DNA of 64,000 nt from Camelus dromedarius (GCF_036321535.1 NC_087436.1:14384001-14448000), one strand, 5' to 3'; positions 1 to 13,533 are shown, counted from the first letter of the stretch. Notes: a model not told the origin generated them from the sequence alone. Made by a program: numbers and translations.

Positions 1-927
1 GGGGCGTAGATCCACCTCCGATTTCCATGGTCTGGAATGATCATTTTATTTGATCTCCCAGACAGTTGTTTTCTTTTTCTTCTCGGCACCAGAAGAGGCC
101 TGTCTGCTAAGAATGAGTTTTAAAACGTGACCCTGATCCTGCTTTCATTCTGCCAGATCACCCACATTCTAAGCAGGTCCATGTCAATCTCCCTGTTAAA
201 TAGGCTGGCTACTCGGTTTTCCCAGATTGAAAAATGATACTCATAGCAGTTGGTGGTTTACGCCTAAACCTCAGGAGATGAAGTCCAGCGGGTCGGGAAG
301 CCCACGGGAGAGCCTGGGGAGGGGGCTGAGTGGTGTTTCAACCCTTGGACCTTTGAGTTCCTGTTTCTGATAAGAGAGAAACGAGGCGGAAACAACAGCC
401 ACACCAATGCCTCCACCCTCCTTGCACACATTTAAAAGGGTCCACTAAGAGAAAGGGAGGGAATGATCTGAACAGCAATAAAGCTCCCCCTTTAAGCCTC
501 CCCTTCCACCTACCCCAACCATGTCTTCCTCAGGTGTTTGCTGTTCTGGAAAAACACACTCTTCTCCCTCAGCTTTCTTTGAAATGTCTCATACTCCCCA
601 GATCTGACCACTCAGTGTGATTGACATCCCGGACTCCTTCTCGCCCTTGGTTGAATGATCACTTTGATCACTTATTCACACACTGCCACCCAGGTAACAA
701 ATACTTACGGAGTTCCTCCCGCTGCAGCCCTGCTCCAGGCGCCGGGATACAGTGCTACAGGGTGAGGAAGGAAAACCAGGTTCCTCCTCTAACTGGCTCA
801 CATCCTAGTGGGGAGAGAAACAAACAGATCACAGAGCAGGACGAGTTCCTGTAGTGTTAAATGCTGTGATGGAATACAGTGGGATCTGTGAGGGATGCCT
901 GTCTGGTTTTGGAAGCCCAAACTTAAA

Positions 928-990
928 CAAAAGAAAGAGAGAAAGAGAGAGAAAGAAAGAAAGGGAGAAAGGAAGGAAGGAAGGAAGAAA
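928..990. repeat. Purine (GAAA/GGAA)n tract
   Basis: Pure A/G run directly 5' of a SINE. Confidence 0.85.
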
Positions 991-995
991 TTGGT

Positions 996-1090
996 GGGGA
1001 GAGTAATAGCTCAGTAGCAGAGTGTGGGTTTAGCATGCACCAGGTCTTGGGTTCAATCTCCAGTACCTCCATTAAAAAAGAAAAAAAAAA
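996..1090 (+). mobile_element. Camelid tRNA-derived SINE (Vic-1-like)
   Basis: A-box tagctcagt, B-box gggttcaatc, cagtacctcc, poly(A). Confidence 0.85.
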
Positions 1091-1477
1091 GAATCTCCAA
1101 ATTCAGGCTTTTATTTAGCTCTGCCACATTGGTTGCCTGGCTAGGGCACCTTGGTTCAAGGCTTTGCTCCTGCGTTTCCCTGTTCTGGAAACTTCTTTCC
1201 CCAGATTTCCACATGGCAAATGCTTAGAAGGGCCTTCCCTTCCCACTACATATATATTATATATGTTGTGTGTGTGTGTGTGTGCGTGCGCCCATGTTTT
1301 GAACCATCTGAAAATTAGTTGCAGGCATTCTGACGCTCCACCCTGAAACACATAAGCGTGTATCCCTCAAGAACAAGAGACATGTCCTACATAACCACAG
1401 TACTGGAGAGAGGGCTCTCAGGCTCTGAACTCCTCTGGTGCCAGGCAGTGTAACCTGCTGTGAAACAGTTCCGTCGT

Positions 1478-2254
1478 AATCCACAAATGACAAATGCTGG
1501 AGAGACTGTGGAGAAAGGGGAGCCCTCCTACACTGCTGGTGGGAATGCAGTTTGGTGCAGCCATTATGAAAAACAGTATGGAGATTCCTCAAAAGACTAG
1601 GAATAGACTTACCATATGACCCAGGAATCCCGCTCCTGGGCATAAATCCAGAAGGAACCCTACTTCAGGATGACACCTGCACCCCAATGTTCATAGCAGC
1701 ACTATTTACAATAGCCAAGACATGGAGACAGCCTAAATGTCCATCAACAGATGACTGGATAAAGAAGATGTGGTATATTTATACAATGGAATACTACTCA
1801 ACCATAAAAAGCGACAACATAACGCTGTCTGCAGCAACGTGGATGTTCCTGGAGAATGTCATTCTAAGTGAATTAAGCCAGAAAGAGAGAGAAAAATACC
1901 ATATGAGATTGCTCATATGTGGAATCTAAAAAAAACACACACACAAAGTGTAAATACAAAACAGAAATAGACTCATAGACATAGAATACAAACTTGTGGT
2001 TGCCAAGGGGGCAGAGGGTGGGAAGGGATAGACTGGGATTTCAAAATTGTAGAATAGATAAACAAGATTATACAGTATAGCACAGGGAAATATATACAAG
2101 ATCTTATGGTAGCTCACAGAGAAAAAAATGTGACAATGAATATATATGTATGTTCATGTACAACTGAAAAATTGTGCTCTACACTGGAATTTGACACAAC
2201 ATTGTAAAATGATTATAAATCAATAAAAAATGTTAAACAAAACAAAACAAAACA
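1478..2254 (+). mobile_element. 5'-truncated young LINE-1 (ORF2 C-terminus + 3' UTR)
   Basis: ORF 1687-1929 MFIAALFTIAKTWRQPKCPSTDDWIKKMWYIYTMEYY is the L1 ORF2 C-terminus. (AAAAC)n tail; 15-bp TSD aaacagttcc(g/c)tcgt at 1463-1477 and 2255-2269. Confidence 0.95.
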
Positions 2255-3059
2255 AAACAGTTCCCTCGTGCCCATGCTGCAGGGCTGAGGCCTTTACCTC
2301 CGGGTGTTCCTGAGTTAGATAAGGACGGATTTGTCATGGAGGGATGTGACATCGCAGGGTCCCGGTGTTCCACCAAAACTTCAGTGAGCTCTGGGTTGGA
2401 GGTGCTCTGTGTAAGGGGTGAAGATAATGAGTATCTATCTCCCCGTTCAACTCCCATGGGGTATCACAGGCAGATGGGCTTCCCGGGTGCCCAGGCACAC
2501 AGGGTCCTACACGTAACAGTGCCCAGTGCTTGGTTTAATGTTCTGCTGTTGTTATCTAGAAATTCTTAATAATTTTGAACAAGGGACCCCCACCTCGTCA
2601 TACCTAAGCTTCATACTTATTATATAGCCATGTCTGATCACAGGGCACAGGAATTTTAACAGTTAAGAGACTTATAGCATCAGCAGCTGCTTATAAAGAA
2701 TGTCAGAGACATTTAAAAATTAATAGAAATAGGAGATTGAGATTTGCGCAGACCGCTTTGAACCTGAACTCTGTGGGGATCCCGCTGCAGAGCATGCCGA
2801 GTTCATGTGCTATCATTTCCACAGCCCGCTGGCGGGCATCCTTCAGGCTGCTTCAGTGAGGGTGTGACTCCGAGGCACCCAGCACTCACCCACCTCCGGG
2901 CCACACTGGTCCATGGCTCGAATGTGGCCTCGCCCACACCAGCTTCCGCGTCCTTGGTCACACTAACAAGGACAGAAAACTTCTGTTTCATTATTCATTG
3001 ACAATATGCCCTAAAATCCAGCCTTGGCGCCAGATCTCACTACCAACTTGAAGGAAATA

Positions 3060-4380
3060 CAGAGGCCAGAGGCATCCTGAACTACATCCCAGCAATGCCA
3101 TCAGCAAAATGCAGCCTGGAAAACTCTGGATGTACAGTTGATTCTTTCATTAAATATACTGCAAAACTTAAAAAAAAAAAAAGGAGAGAGAGGTAAAGAT
3201 AAAAAGGGAACTTATAGATTAAAAAAGACTTAAATTTTACATCCATCAATCCCAAAGTAAATAAAGGCTTACTCCAAATCTGGTTTAAGAGAAAAACTGT
3301 AAAATATACCCTCATGAAACAATTTGAAATTTGAACCTGGACTATTTGCTCTTCAGGATTTATTGTTAATTGTTTTAGCTGTGCTCATTGTATTGTAGCT
3401 ATTTTTTTTTTAATTCTTGATACATATAGAAATACTTAAGGATGAAATAATATGGTATTTAGGGGGCAAAACTGCCCATGGCTTCATGGGTATTAGGGCT
3501 GGTGACTGAGACATGAGGGCTCACTATATTATTTTGTCTACTATTTTATATACTCAAAATATTGTGTAATAAAAAGTAAAAAAAAAAACCAACTATTGAT
3601 TAAGGTAGTATTGAATTATAACCTAAAGTTATACTAAAATTATAACATATATAACATATAAATATAACTTACATATTATAATAATATAAATGTCCATGAA
3701 TCAATAGTGATGTAAATAAATGATTGGAGTAATAAATAAATACATGTGGGAGAAGAGAGAAATGCAGAACTCCAAGTCATTAATGTGGATACCCTGCCCT
3801 CAAGGAGCTGAAGGATAGCTCCCTGCTCCTTATGTGTAGCCTCGGCAGAGCGACGTTCTTCCTGAGAGCATGACGGAAAGGGCGGGAAAAAGAGCAACCG
3901 TACAGCGGAGAAACCTGTCCAATGCTACCAGGTGATCAAAGTTAAGGTCAACAGCAACAATAGGGCATATTGACAGTGCGTGCCCCTGATGTGATGTGAC
4001 GAGAAATGCCCTTTGCCTCTGTGATCTTCCTCCTAAAAACATATTCATCTAGTCTGGAGAAAAGTAAACCCAAAGTAAAGTCTGAGAAACTGTCCCAGCC
4101 AAGAGGACCCTGAGGAGACGGGACTAATACACGTATTGCGATGTCCTTGGTGGGATCCTAGAATATTAGGGAAAAACTAAGAAAATGTGAACAATGTATG
4201 GACTTCAATAATAATGTATCAATATTGGTCCTTTCACTGTAAAAAATGTCCCATGCTAATAATGTAAGGTGCTAACATAGGAGAAACTAGGTACGTAGGA
4301 ACCCTTTCTGGACGATAATTCGTAAATCTGAAACTGTACATTCTGCAAATCTAAAAAGGAAAGTGTGTTAAAAAAACAAA
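3060..4380 (+). mobile_element. Old L1M (L1MC/MD-like) 3' UTR fragments
   Basis: Typical old L1 3' UTR motifs (gatcaaagttaa..tcaaca, tgtatcaatattgg, aaatctgaaactgt). Confidence 0.6.
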
Positions 4381-5308
4381 ATTATTGGTTATTGGGTTTA
4401 GTAGGATAGTTGCTGGACTGAGGTTCTCTGAATTCCTCATTTCTACTTTTAAATGTTCTTTTGCCCCCAGCCATCCTGCACTCCTTACCTAAAGACTGTT
4501 TTAAGAGAAGAAATTGCAAGAGACTGAAAGCTGATAGTTCATAGACGTTTATTTCTCTTCTTCTGAGCTTGAAGCACCCCTGTTTCAGGAAAAGGAACAG
4601 GTTGCTGCTAACTTCAGACTCACTGTGAGTTTCTATCTCAGGGTTGCAGACACAGTGGCAGGTCTGCATCTCCTCTGGGTGGGGTGGTGTGGGGGAGGAG
4701 AGGGAGAAAACTGTGTGATTCACACAATGATGCTGTTTTCTAAAAACTCCATCAGTTTAGGTCTGGTCCCTCCACTCCTGTCTCAGCAAAGCCTCCTTTC
4801 ATTTATACCTTTGTCCTTGTAAAGACAAATCTCCAGTAGAACTCTTTTTTTCTTTTTTCTTTTTTTAAAAATTCATCAAATTTATTATTTTTATTATGGA
4901 TATTGTTATAGCAGAATATAAAAATTAAATGATAAAAGTTTCTTCTAAGAGTACAATTTAACTTCATCTTAAAAAAGTCATCTTTTTTTTTTTTAAAACT
5001 ATACATACTCAGGTAAAAAAAAGGCTCTTTGACTTAAACTTATGACTTCAGAATTAAACTCTAGAAATAAATGTTATGGCCATCTAAAAGTTTATGTTGA
5101 CAAATTGCATACCTTTTCAAATTATAATGCAATATTTGTACACAGAATAATTATATACACACTTCACTCACATTGCTGATATAGAATAGTTACCCAAACT
5201 GTCTTGAGAAATGAGGCTTAATATAGATTCAAACTGAGGAGATCAGTCTCAATTACAACATTTCTTTCACACATAATAAGATATAATCCAAACATTTGCT
5301 GAATTTAA

Positions 5309-5658
5309 TGTTACAGAAACCTGAATCCCGTTCAGAGACCAAGCGACACTCGGAGAACTGGAGAACTCAGGTTTTATTATGCCAGCAGGCCCAGAGGAGT
5401 TAACACTCCAAGCTCTGGACCCTGTCTGTAGGTTTACACAGGCTATTATAGAGTTTTAGGTTTTGATTAAGTTTGCACCGTATGCAAATGAGGTGTTAGA
5501 AATGGACCAATCAGGAGTGAGCTTTTAGGAACCAATGGAATTTTAGGGGTAAATTTCATTTTCCTAGAAGCAAGCTGTTTTACAGAAGTGCAAAAGCGGG
5601 AAGGGAATGGCCCTGCCTGGGAGGTCTTGCTGGCCCCTTTGTGCGTTTTGCCCCTTCA
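5309..5658 (-). mobile_element. ERV1-like solo LTR inserted in the retrocopy 3' UTR
   Basis: TG...CA termini, flanks TTAA/ATAA (imperfect 4-bp TSD), minus-strand AATAAA at 5373-5378, octamer ATGCAAAT at 5482-5489, CCAAT boxes. Reverse-complement homolog of the LTR at 61811. Confidence 0.8.
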
Positions 5659-5902
5659 ATAAAAAAAGTCCCCTGCTTCGTGGTGTGTTCCAGAAATTTC
5701 AACATATTTTAGATGAGAAATGTTGACCCTGAAGGAGTTCACTGCTGTACTCACTTGTAAAGTTGGAGGAACTCTGGTCCAAAGGAGGGGATTGCCCTCC
5801 AACCACTGGCCTCAGTGCAGCTCAGGTGGAGATCTGACTGAGTGAGTGAGTGCAGCCAGGCAGTTTGGGAGGCCTGAGTGGAGGGGAAGGGACAGCACAG
5901 CT

Positions 5903-6528
5903 TTAACACGAGGGCCCACTCCTGGGAAAGGGACCATCAGGACTTGGTGCTTGGTCCCCTGGCTGATTTGTAAAAGCCCCTTGTGATGTGCTGATTCTCA
6001 TGACTTCCTCCAGGAACTTAAGCACTGTTAGCATCTCCACCATCTCTTCTTGTATAGACTGCAGGGATCTCTCTCTCTTCAGTTCTTGGACGAGAAAATT
6101 GATTTCCTTCCTTGAACTCAGGTTAACCGTCATCAACTTTCTGGAAGTGTCAGTGAGGCTGGGTATGTTTACTGGCTCTTCCTCTAGCCTGGCCTTCTTT
6201 ACAGTTGTCTCCATCCTGGTGCACTCCTTTTTAGCCACACAGAGCTTGTCGATGAGGTGGCATTTCTCCTAAATCTGTGCAGCCAGTGTTTTTGCCAGTT
6301 GCTTTTCATGTCTTCTGTTAAGTTCACTTCTAACAGACTGATAAGTCTGCAAGTAAATAACACACCCACCAACAAGGTGAGGACAGACCTTAACGCTGTC
6401 TCCCAGTGGAGGCTCTGGAACATGAGCTGAGAACACAGGCCATTGGGCAGCAGCAACACCAGGACCGCACTCAGCTTCCTAAGGATCTGCCCAAAGCCAA
6501 GCTCCACAGAGGATGGCAGCCCCTCCAT
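5903..6528 (-). pseudogene. Intronless diverged cTAGE5/MIA2-family retrocopy, disabled ~208-aa ORF
   Basis: Kozak gccATGG at 6528 gives MEGLPSSVELGFGQILRKL...LHWETALRSVLTLLVGVLFTCRL (hydrophobic). After a 1-nt frameshift near 6341 it reads QSVRSELNRRHEKQLAKTLAAQI*EKCHLIDKLCVAKKEC...KEINFLVQELKRERS...LEEVMRISTSQ. This is colinear with the recalled cTAGE5 N-terminus (RSVRSRLYVGREKKLA...IEEKSKLLEK...DEILCLEKELKEEKS). In-frame TAG at 6269-6271; AATAAA (4881-4886) and poly(A) (4845-4866) lie downstream on the minus strand. Confidence 0.75.
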
Positions 6529-7876
6529 GGCACTGACCCACCCAGGGCTCTGCCCAGTTACCGTGGATCCACCAGCCACAATAAGCCCCAGGGGACACCC
6601 CAACATTCCACCTGGAACCCAACCAGCAACTGACATCCTGGATTGGTCAGTTATCTGGTCAGTGTCAGTGGGGAGTAGGGAGGTTGCCAGAGGACAGGGT
6701 TGTAACTAAAATGTCATTTTCTCCATTATTGTCTAATGGTAATTTTTTCTTAACTCTTTCTTTTTATGTTTACATCTGTGTACAATAAAAATATACTGAA
6801 ATGCATCGATGTAAAGTTTATGATTTCAGAAATCTTTCAAACACTGACTTTTCCAACACTGTCGAGGGTTAGGAACAGGAGAACTCTTGAAAGAACTCAG
6901 TAGTGATTGTAATCCAGGGAGAAAAGATTGTGAGGTTAGGGGATGAAGCTAAGTGATGCAGAGAAGACATTTTTCTTTACTTTTATTCCTCATGGGGAGG
7001 GAGAAACATTATAAGAATCATGAATTCGTAGGCTGCTCACTCACGAATGATTCCATGTGCTTGACTGCCAGCTTCTTGCTCAGGCATTAGGATGTAGCTC
7101 ACTCCTTCTCTACCTGGTAAAGTTTGTCTAGAAAGATACTTTGCAGTGTGTGACTCTCATGCACTTAAATGATCTCGTTCTTCTTTCTGATGACTGCTGA
7201 GAGAATGCAGCTCGATACCCCCAGGCACTCAGCAAGAATGCCTCATGGAGTTTGGAAAACAACTTTACTGTGTTAGGATCAGAGCCTGGGCGAGGTGGTC
7301 CCCTGGGTGGGGCTGTTCCCACAGGGACAAGGGTTAGCGAGCATCTACAAAGACAATGAGCTTTTTTTAAAAGAAAGGAAATGTTGGAGTCCTTGGACTA
7401 ATTTTTCAACATCTTTGGAAGCCCTAGGTGTTTATTTTTCCTAAAAGTATTCTTTGGAGAAGTCTGGAGAGGAAAGAAAAGTGGTCCAAGGGCACACAGA
7501 TGGTAAACCCACAGCTCCCATCAATAGCAGCTAAGAAATCATCTTGACTCAAGCATGCAACCTCTGAGGTAGGAAATTAAGCCTCGTGGGGGATGAAAGT
7601 CCCAGAGTCAGAATGACAGGTGGCTCCCAGGAGACCCACAAAGTGGTACTGAGTCCCGTCCTTTCCCAAAAGGGTCACTTTTTCAATGGCAGCAGAATAG
7701 ATATTGAGCTGAGCAATCAATCAAGTCACTGGACAAGTTGTTCTGATTTTCTGCAGTTTTCCTCACTGGATCATAAAGCTATTACATGATACTGTCTGAG
7801 AAGAACTGCAAGAAAATATTAAGAAAATATATAAAAATATATAATATATATTAATATCTTGAGGTGGGGAAATCTT

Positions 7877-8157
7877 TTTTTTTTTAATTGAAGCACAATT
7901 GCAATGTGTCAGTTTCTTGTGTACAGCACAATGTCCCAGTCATGCATTCATTCTTTTCCATTAAAGGTTATTGCAAGATATTGAGTACAGTTCCTTGTGC
8001 TATACAGAAGAAATTTTTTCTTTATCTTTATATACAGTGGTTAACATCTGCAAAACTCAAACTCCCAAATTTATCTCTTCCCACCCACTTCCCCAATATC
8101 CATGAGCTTGTTTACTATGTCTGTGAGTCTGTTTCTATTTTGTATACGAGTTCATTA
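7877..8157 (-). mobile_element. Short L1 3' end nested in an older L1M (~7750-8860)
   Basis: Poly(T) followed by reversed L1 3' UTR; TSD gtg(g/a)ggaaatctt at 7864-7876 and 8158-8170. Confidence 0.8.
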
Positions 8158-9209
8158 GTGAGGAAATCTTCCTAAAAATGGCATTAAAGATAGAACATGA
8201 GGGAGAAGAATCAGTGAATTGGGCACAGTCAAAAGTTAAAAATGTATATTTTTAAAAACCACTGTAAACAACATTAAAAAGTCAAATAACAACCTTGAAG
8301 GATGTTTCCAACATACATAGCAGACAGAGATTTAAAATCTTACTATACAAGGAACTCTTCTAATTAAAATAAAACAGAATACCTTAACAGAAAAAATGTT
8401 AACAAACAAAATGATTATTTATAAGCAAATAAGAAAACTAAGAAATATTTTCTTATAAATAAATAAGGAAAAATTGGCAAATAGCCAATATTTTTATGAA
8501 AAAAATGTCTAGAAAACTAGTATACAAGGAAATGCACATGAAAACCATCATGAGGAATCAGTTTCTCCAAAGAAGTTGCCAAAAAAAAAAAAAAAAACCA
8601 GCCTCAGTAAGCATTCTTTAAAAAGTAATATATGCAGAATAAAATTTGGTATGTTTCTGAAATTTGGCAGTATGTATCAAAAATCTTAAATGTAAGTTTC
8701 CCTTTGGCCTAGGAATTGTTGTAAAGAAATAATTAAGCATGTGTACAAAAGTGTGCCTTCAACAATGTTCAATTCAGTATTGCTTACGGTAGTAAAAAAG
8801 CCCCTGACTTGGAGCAATACCCGTGAAGAGGAAATAGGTTCAGTAAATTCGATTTTGTATTTCAGTAAATTCTATGAGTAAGTGGTTAAGAGCATGGACA
8901 CTGACACTTCCTGGGTTCAGGTTCGGGCTCTTTACTTACTAGCTGTGTGGCTTCTCTGTGCTTCAGTGTCCTCTTACGTAAAAGGAAGCTAATTTTATTG
9001 CATCTGCCTCATTAAGTCATTGTGAGAACTGAGTTACTCTTCATACAGCGCCTGCGATATTCTAAGTGTTAACTCTGTCATTATTCTTATTCTTTCTGTG
9101 GCTACAACACAGCTATTAAATATGTTGTAGAAGAACATCTCAAAATGTGAGGAAATGGACAGGATATATGAAATGGGAGGAAAAAAGCAGATTATAAAAG
9201 AAATAATAG

Positions 9210-9380
9210 AGGGGAGGGTGTAGCTCAGTGGTAGAGTGCATGCTTAGCATGCACGGAGTCCAGGGTTAAATCCCCAGTAAATCCCCAGTACCTCCATTAA
9301 AAAAAAAGGTAAATAAATAATAAATAAACCTAATTACTTTCCCCCCAAACATAAAATAAAATAAAATAAAGCAAACAAAC
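9210..9380 (+). mobile_element. Vic-1-like SINE
   Basis: ggggagggtgtagctcagtggtagagtgcatgcttagcatgcac...; internal duplication of aaatccccagta; second segment aaacctaattac. Confidence 0.9.
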
Positions 9381-12300
9381 AAAAGAGATAACAACTTTGT
9401 AAATATATATATAGGTAAAGAAAAAAATGCTGGCAACAGACCAAATGTTAACAGTGTTTATTTCTGGGTGACTTTTATTTCTTTTTAATCCTTTTTCATG
9501 TTTTATAAATTTCCACCATAACAATATTTTTGCTTTTAATCAGAAATGTAAAAAATGTGAATCTATTTTTAAATGAGCGTCACCTAGATATAGACCTGTC
9601 GATTCCCTTGTCTGACGGTGGCCAGGTGAGGTGGAACGTGCTTCCTGCTTGTTTGTTAGTCTTTCATTTCACTCTTCCTTTTAGTTGATATCCCTGCATC
9701 TTCCTTTCCCTGGGTCTGGAGGAACAGATGAAGCGGGAGGGATTCTGAGTCTCATGAGTCCTATTAGGGAAGGAAGCAGAGACAGGACGGAAGCAGGCAT
9801 CTCCAGGTGGGACCGGGATGTGTGCTGGTCTCCAACTGCTAAGCCGTGAAAAGTTGAGAGGCCAGTAATGAGGCTTCTGCTGGAGCAGGACTTAGATTTG
9901 AGTTTCAAATATTAAAAATACTCATATTCCTCTTGCCATGATGACAAGCAAGAGTTATCCAGCAGGTAGCGTTCACCCCTCAGCTCCAGATTTGACAATC
10001 TGGGCGAGATCTTTAAATGCCTGGCACCCAGTGCTTGCCGTCCTGCCCACGATTGCCAAACGATGATTTGGTTTCACCTCCTGGGAGAGGACTGGAGGCT
10101 GAGGGAGGCCTGAGGTCCTAATTGGTTAAGGGAAGCCCCAGCACTGAGTCTCGAATAAAACAGGTTTTCCCCTTTCTCTTTGGCTGAAAGCAAGAGAGAT
10201 TCGGGTGTGTCTAGGTCTGAGTCACTGATGGGTCAGTTTCAGTCTTTCCTGAGGCTTTCTCAGTGTTTTTGTCTCTTGTTTCTGGAGCCTGGCAGATTTT
10301 GGGTGTTTCACTGATGTTGTTGACTGGCAAACAGGGAAATGAATGATTGAGAGGATGAATAAAAGAATGGATACGTGGATGGCTGACTAGCTGGAGACTG
10401 GGGAGCTCAAGGCTGACCTGCTGGACCTCCCTAATCTTTCCCTCCTTTAAACTTCCTGGAGGGCAACCCCCACCCCCTACCTCCACCTTTGATCACAGTT
10501 TCTCCTGTTCTCAACCTGAGGCTGAAGCAACAGCAGGCTGACTAAACTGGAGAAAGCAGAACCTGGTTACTTGGTGTAAATAAGACAGATTATTTGATAG
10601 CCCTGGGTTAGAAAGGCGTTTTCTGAGTGAAGTCTCTTGGGAGAAGAGACTAACAAAATTAACTAGCAAAAACTAACAAAATTTCCAAACTGGATCCCAA
10701 ATCCTGGGTGTCAAGGTTCACAGAGCTGGGGTTCATAGAAATCTAGGCAGATGAATGGTCAACACTTAACAGAGCTGTCACTGGGTATCAGGGGATCCTG
10801 GTACCTGGGACTAGGAAAACCCGTTTCTTGAGATCTTTGGGTCTGATCAAGAGTTTATTTACAGGTGAGAACATGCAGAAGTCATGCCATGAGGAAACTG
10901 GGCTTCAGGCCAATGATTCACCGTCAGAGAAATGGAGCAAGAGAGAGAAACCACTGATCGGGGCAGCACGGCTCCAGAAGGAGCCCAGTCAGAGTGCTGC
11001 TGCCTGGGGTCCCACCTCCCCCCCGAGGCTGCAGCCACATGTGAGGGCCTCATGTCTGCCGAGTGGAGGGCAGGGCCGGAGACGTGGACAGCCCAGGAGG
11101 CCTGTACGCTCTTGGAATCGGTGCATTCATTATCTCCTTCATCTTTAAACATTCCCACTCTACGGGTACCTTCTACCTGTGAATAGCCACCCATCCCAGG
11201 ATCTCTTCTCTTAAAAAGAATCCTGAATTGCTCTCGTCTTGAATGACCTGCACTCATCTTGCCTTTTATTACCAGCATTTTCCAAAAGAACATCTACACT
11301 CAGTATTCCTCCACATTATTTCATTCCTTAGAATATGACTTTCTCTGATGCTTCTTAAACTGAAATTGCTACCAAAGGTCACCATGACCTCTAAGTCCCC
11401 AATTCAGTCATCTCCCCTGAGTTCTTATCCTTCTTGACTCTTTGGTAGCATTTGACACCGATGAGCACGGCTGTCAGTTGAAATTGTTTCCTTTTTGACT
11501 TCAGGGGCATCTCAGTGTCTTGATTTCCTACCCCTGGGACTTTGTCCTTCCATTCATTTCCTTCTTTTTTTTTTCCTTAGTTTTTTTTTTTTTTTATCAT
11601 TAAGTATAGTCAGTTACGATGTGTCCATTTCTGGTGTATGGCACAGTGTCAGTCATTTCCTTCTTTGACTAGTTCCTCCCCTCTGCTGACAGAATGCAGA
11701 CATGACTTCGTGGGACGGTATCGCGCAGTGGGCATGGGTCTGTGCTTTGCTGTGCTTGGTCCGGGGCCTGGCACCTTGTGAGCACTGGAAAAATGTAGGC
11801 CTATGAGAAAGAGCCTGCCCCCACGGCCAGCTGTTTTCCTGCAGCTCCGCACACACGTCTGCACAGCCTGCCCAGGGCACTGGGATCTGCTGCTGCAGGA
11901 GGGCTTGTTTCCTTTACAAACGTGAGAACTCCACGAGGGAAGGCCTCGCTTTCTCACTTCCAGCCCCGTGAGCAGCACCATGTGGGATCCTGGAGATGCT
12001 CTCATCTTTGTTTGCCCTCAGTGTGAGCAACCTAAGTGTGTGTCTCCAGGAGGCCCTTGCTTCCAAAGCTACAAAGATTTGTGTTTCTAACTGCCTGCCG
12101 GACATTTTCACATACATGTCTCAACTTAACGAAAACCAAACTCACGGCTTGGAACTGTCATTCTCCCAGAAAGACTCAAAGTCGCAGCCTGATCACTGCC
12201 CGCTCTCCATCACCTCTGACATACAGCCACCCAATCCTGGGGCCTCTTCCTTCCCCTCCCCTCCTCTCACTCACACCCCTGTTCCATTCCCAGACCCAAC

Positions 12301-13373
12301 CCTGGCCGAGACCCTCCCGCCCCAATGGGCACAGCGACCTCCTAACCGTTCTCCTTATCTCGGGTCTCATCCCCTCTCTGATCCAGGCACATCAGGGCCA
12401 ATCAACCTTAAAGAATCGTTTTGGTCCTGTCACTCCTGTATCCTCAGTTAGACACCAAATAGAGTTCAGGTAGTAGGATAGTCGAGTTAGGCCTCTGGCT
12501 TTGCTTCACATCTTGCTGTTCCATCCCTCTGGACACAAAAACTGGGTGGCTTCCTTTCTCAGGTGGGTGACAGTGGGCATTCTGGCCTTTGTACCTTTGT
12601 CTTGGCGTATCCTCTCCCTGACTGTCCCCTGACCAGCTCCTAGCTGTCACTCGGGTAAGTGCTTCCAGCTTCAGGCTGCCTTCCCTGTGGACCACGGCTC
12701 GAAAACTCCTTTCTCTTTTCTGATCTCCTAAAATGTTCCGTTTGTACCTCTCAACATGCGTAAGTATAGATGTACAAGTTTGTCTTGTCCTCCCTTGAGA
12801 GAAAGGCTGTATCCACACGTCTGGAACATCATAGGAGGTGAACATTCTTTTGCATCACTGAGTGACTCACTTTATGGAAACTTTCACCCAGAGATCTGTG
12901 ATTTCCACAGTTACCATTACCAACTCATTTCTACCCAAGATAGTTCTGCCATGGTTGGCCCCTACAGAAAAGAGATTCCATCAGAGTCAGGCTCTAGGCC
13001 AAGTGTATACAGCCTCAAGAGTGAACCCGATTACAGCAGCTGTTTCTCAAACATGAGAGTTATTGAGGGCCAGTGAAAGGGAGGGGAGGGACATTTAATG
13101 GGAACAGTGCAGCAACTGAGGCCTATTTGGAAAGTTTTCCAGGAGATCCAGGTTTTAAACTTACAACACATATCAGATTCATCACTCACCATTGGGCTTT
13201 AAGCTGGATCAGCCCTGGGAACACAATTAGGAGTCTCTCCTCCCTTTCCTAGGAGTACCCTTGTTTCCTTTCCCCTTTACAATCTCTCAGCCGATCCCAT
13301 AACCCATTTCTGCAGTCTTAGTTCCAGAACTTAATATTTCCCAGGGACTAATGTATAAGACAGAAGACAAGAA

Positions 13374-13533
13374 GGGGGGAGGGTACAGCTCAAGTGGTAA
13401 AGTGCATGCTTATCATGCATGAGGTCCTGAGTTCAATCTCCGGTACCTCCTCTGAGAATAAATAAATAAACCTAATTACCTCCCCCCACCAAAAAAAAAA
13501 AAAAAAAGGAAAAAGAAAAAAGAAAAAAAAAAA
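13374..13533 (+). mobile_element. Vic-1-like SINE
   Basis: Consensus-like body, A tail, 16-bp TSD aagacaga(a/g)gacaaga (13357-13372 / 13534-13549). Confidence 0.9.

Noticed and set aside
1687..1929. L1 ORF2-like ORFs (also 17097, 29480, 54635, 55708) as host genes or active L1
   Set aside because: All are truncated, stop-interrupted L1 fragments.
10830..11130. Overlapping ORFs near 10.8-11.3 kb
   Set aside because: No homology recognised; possibly an old LTR relic, but too degenerate to call.
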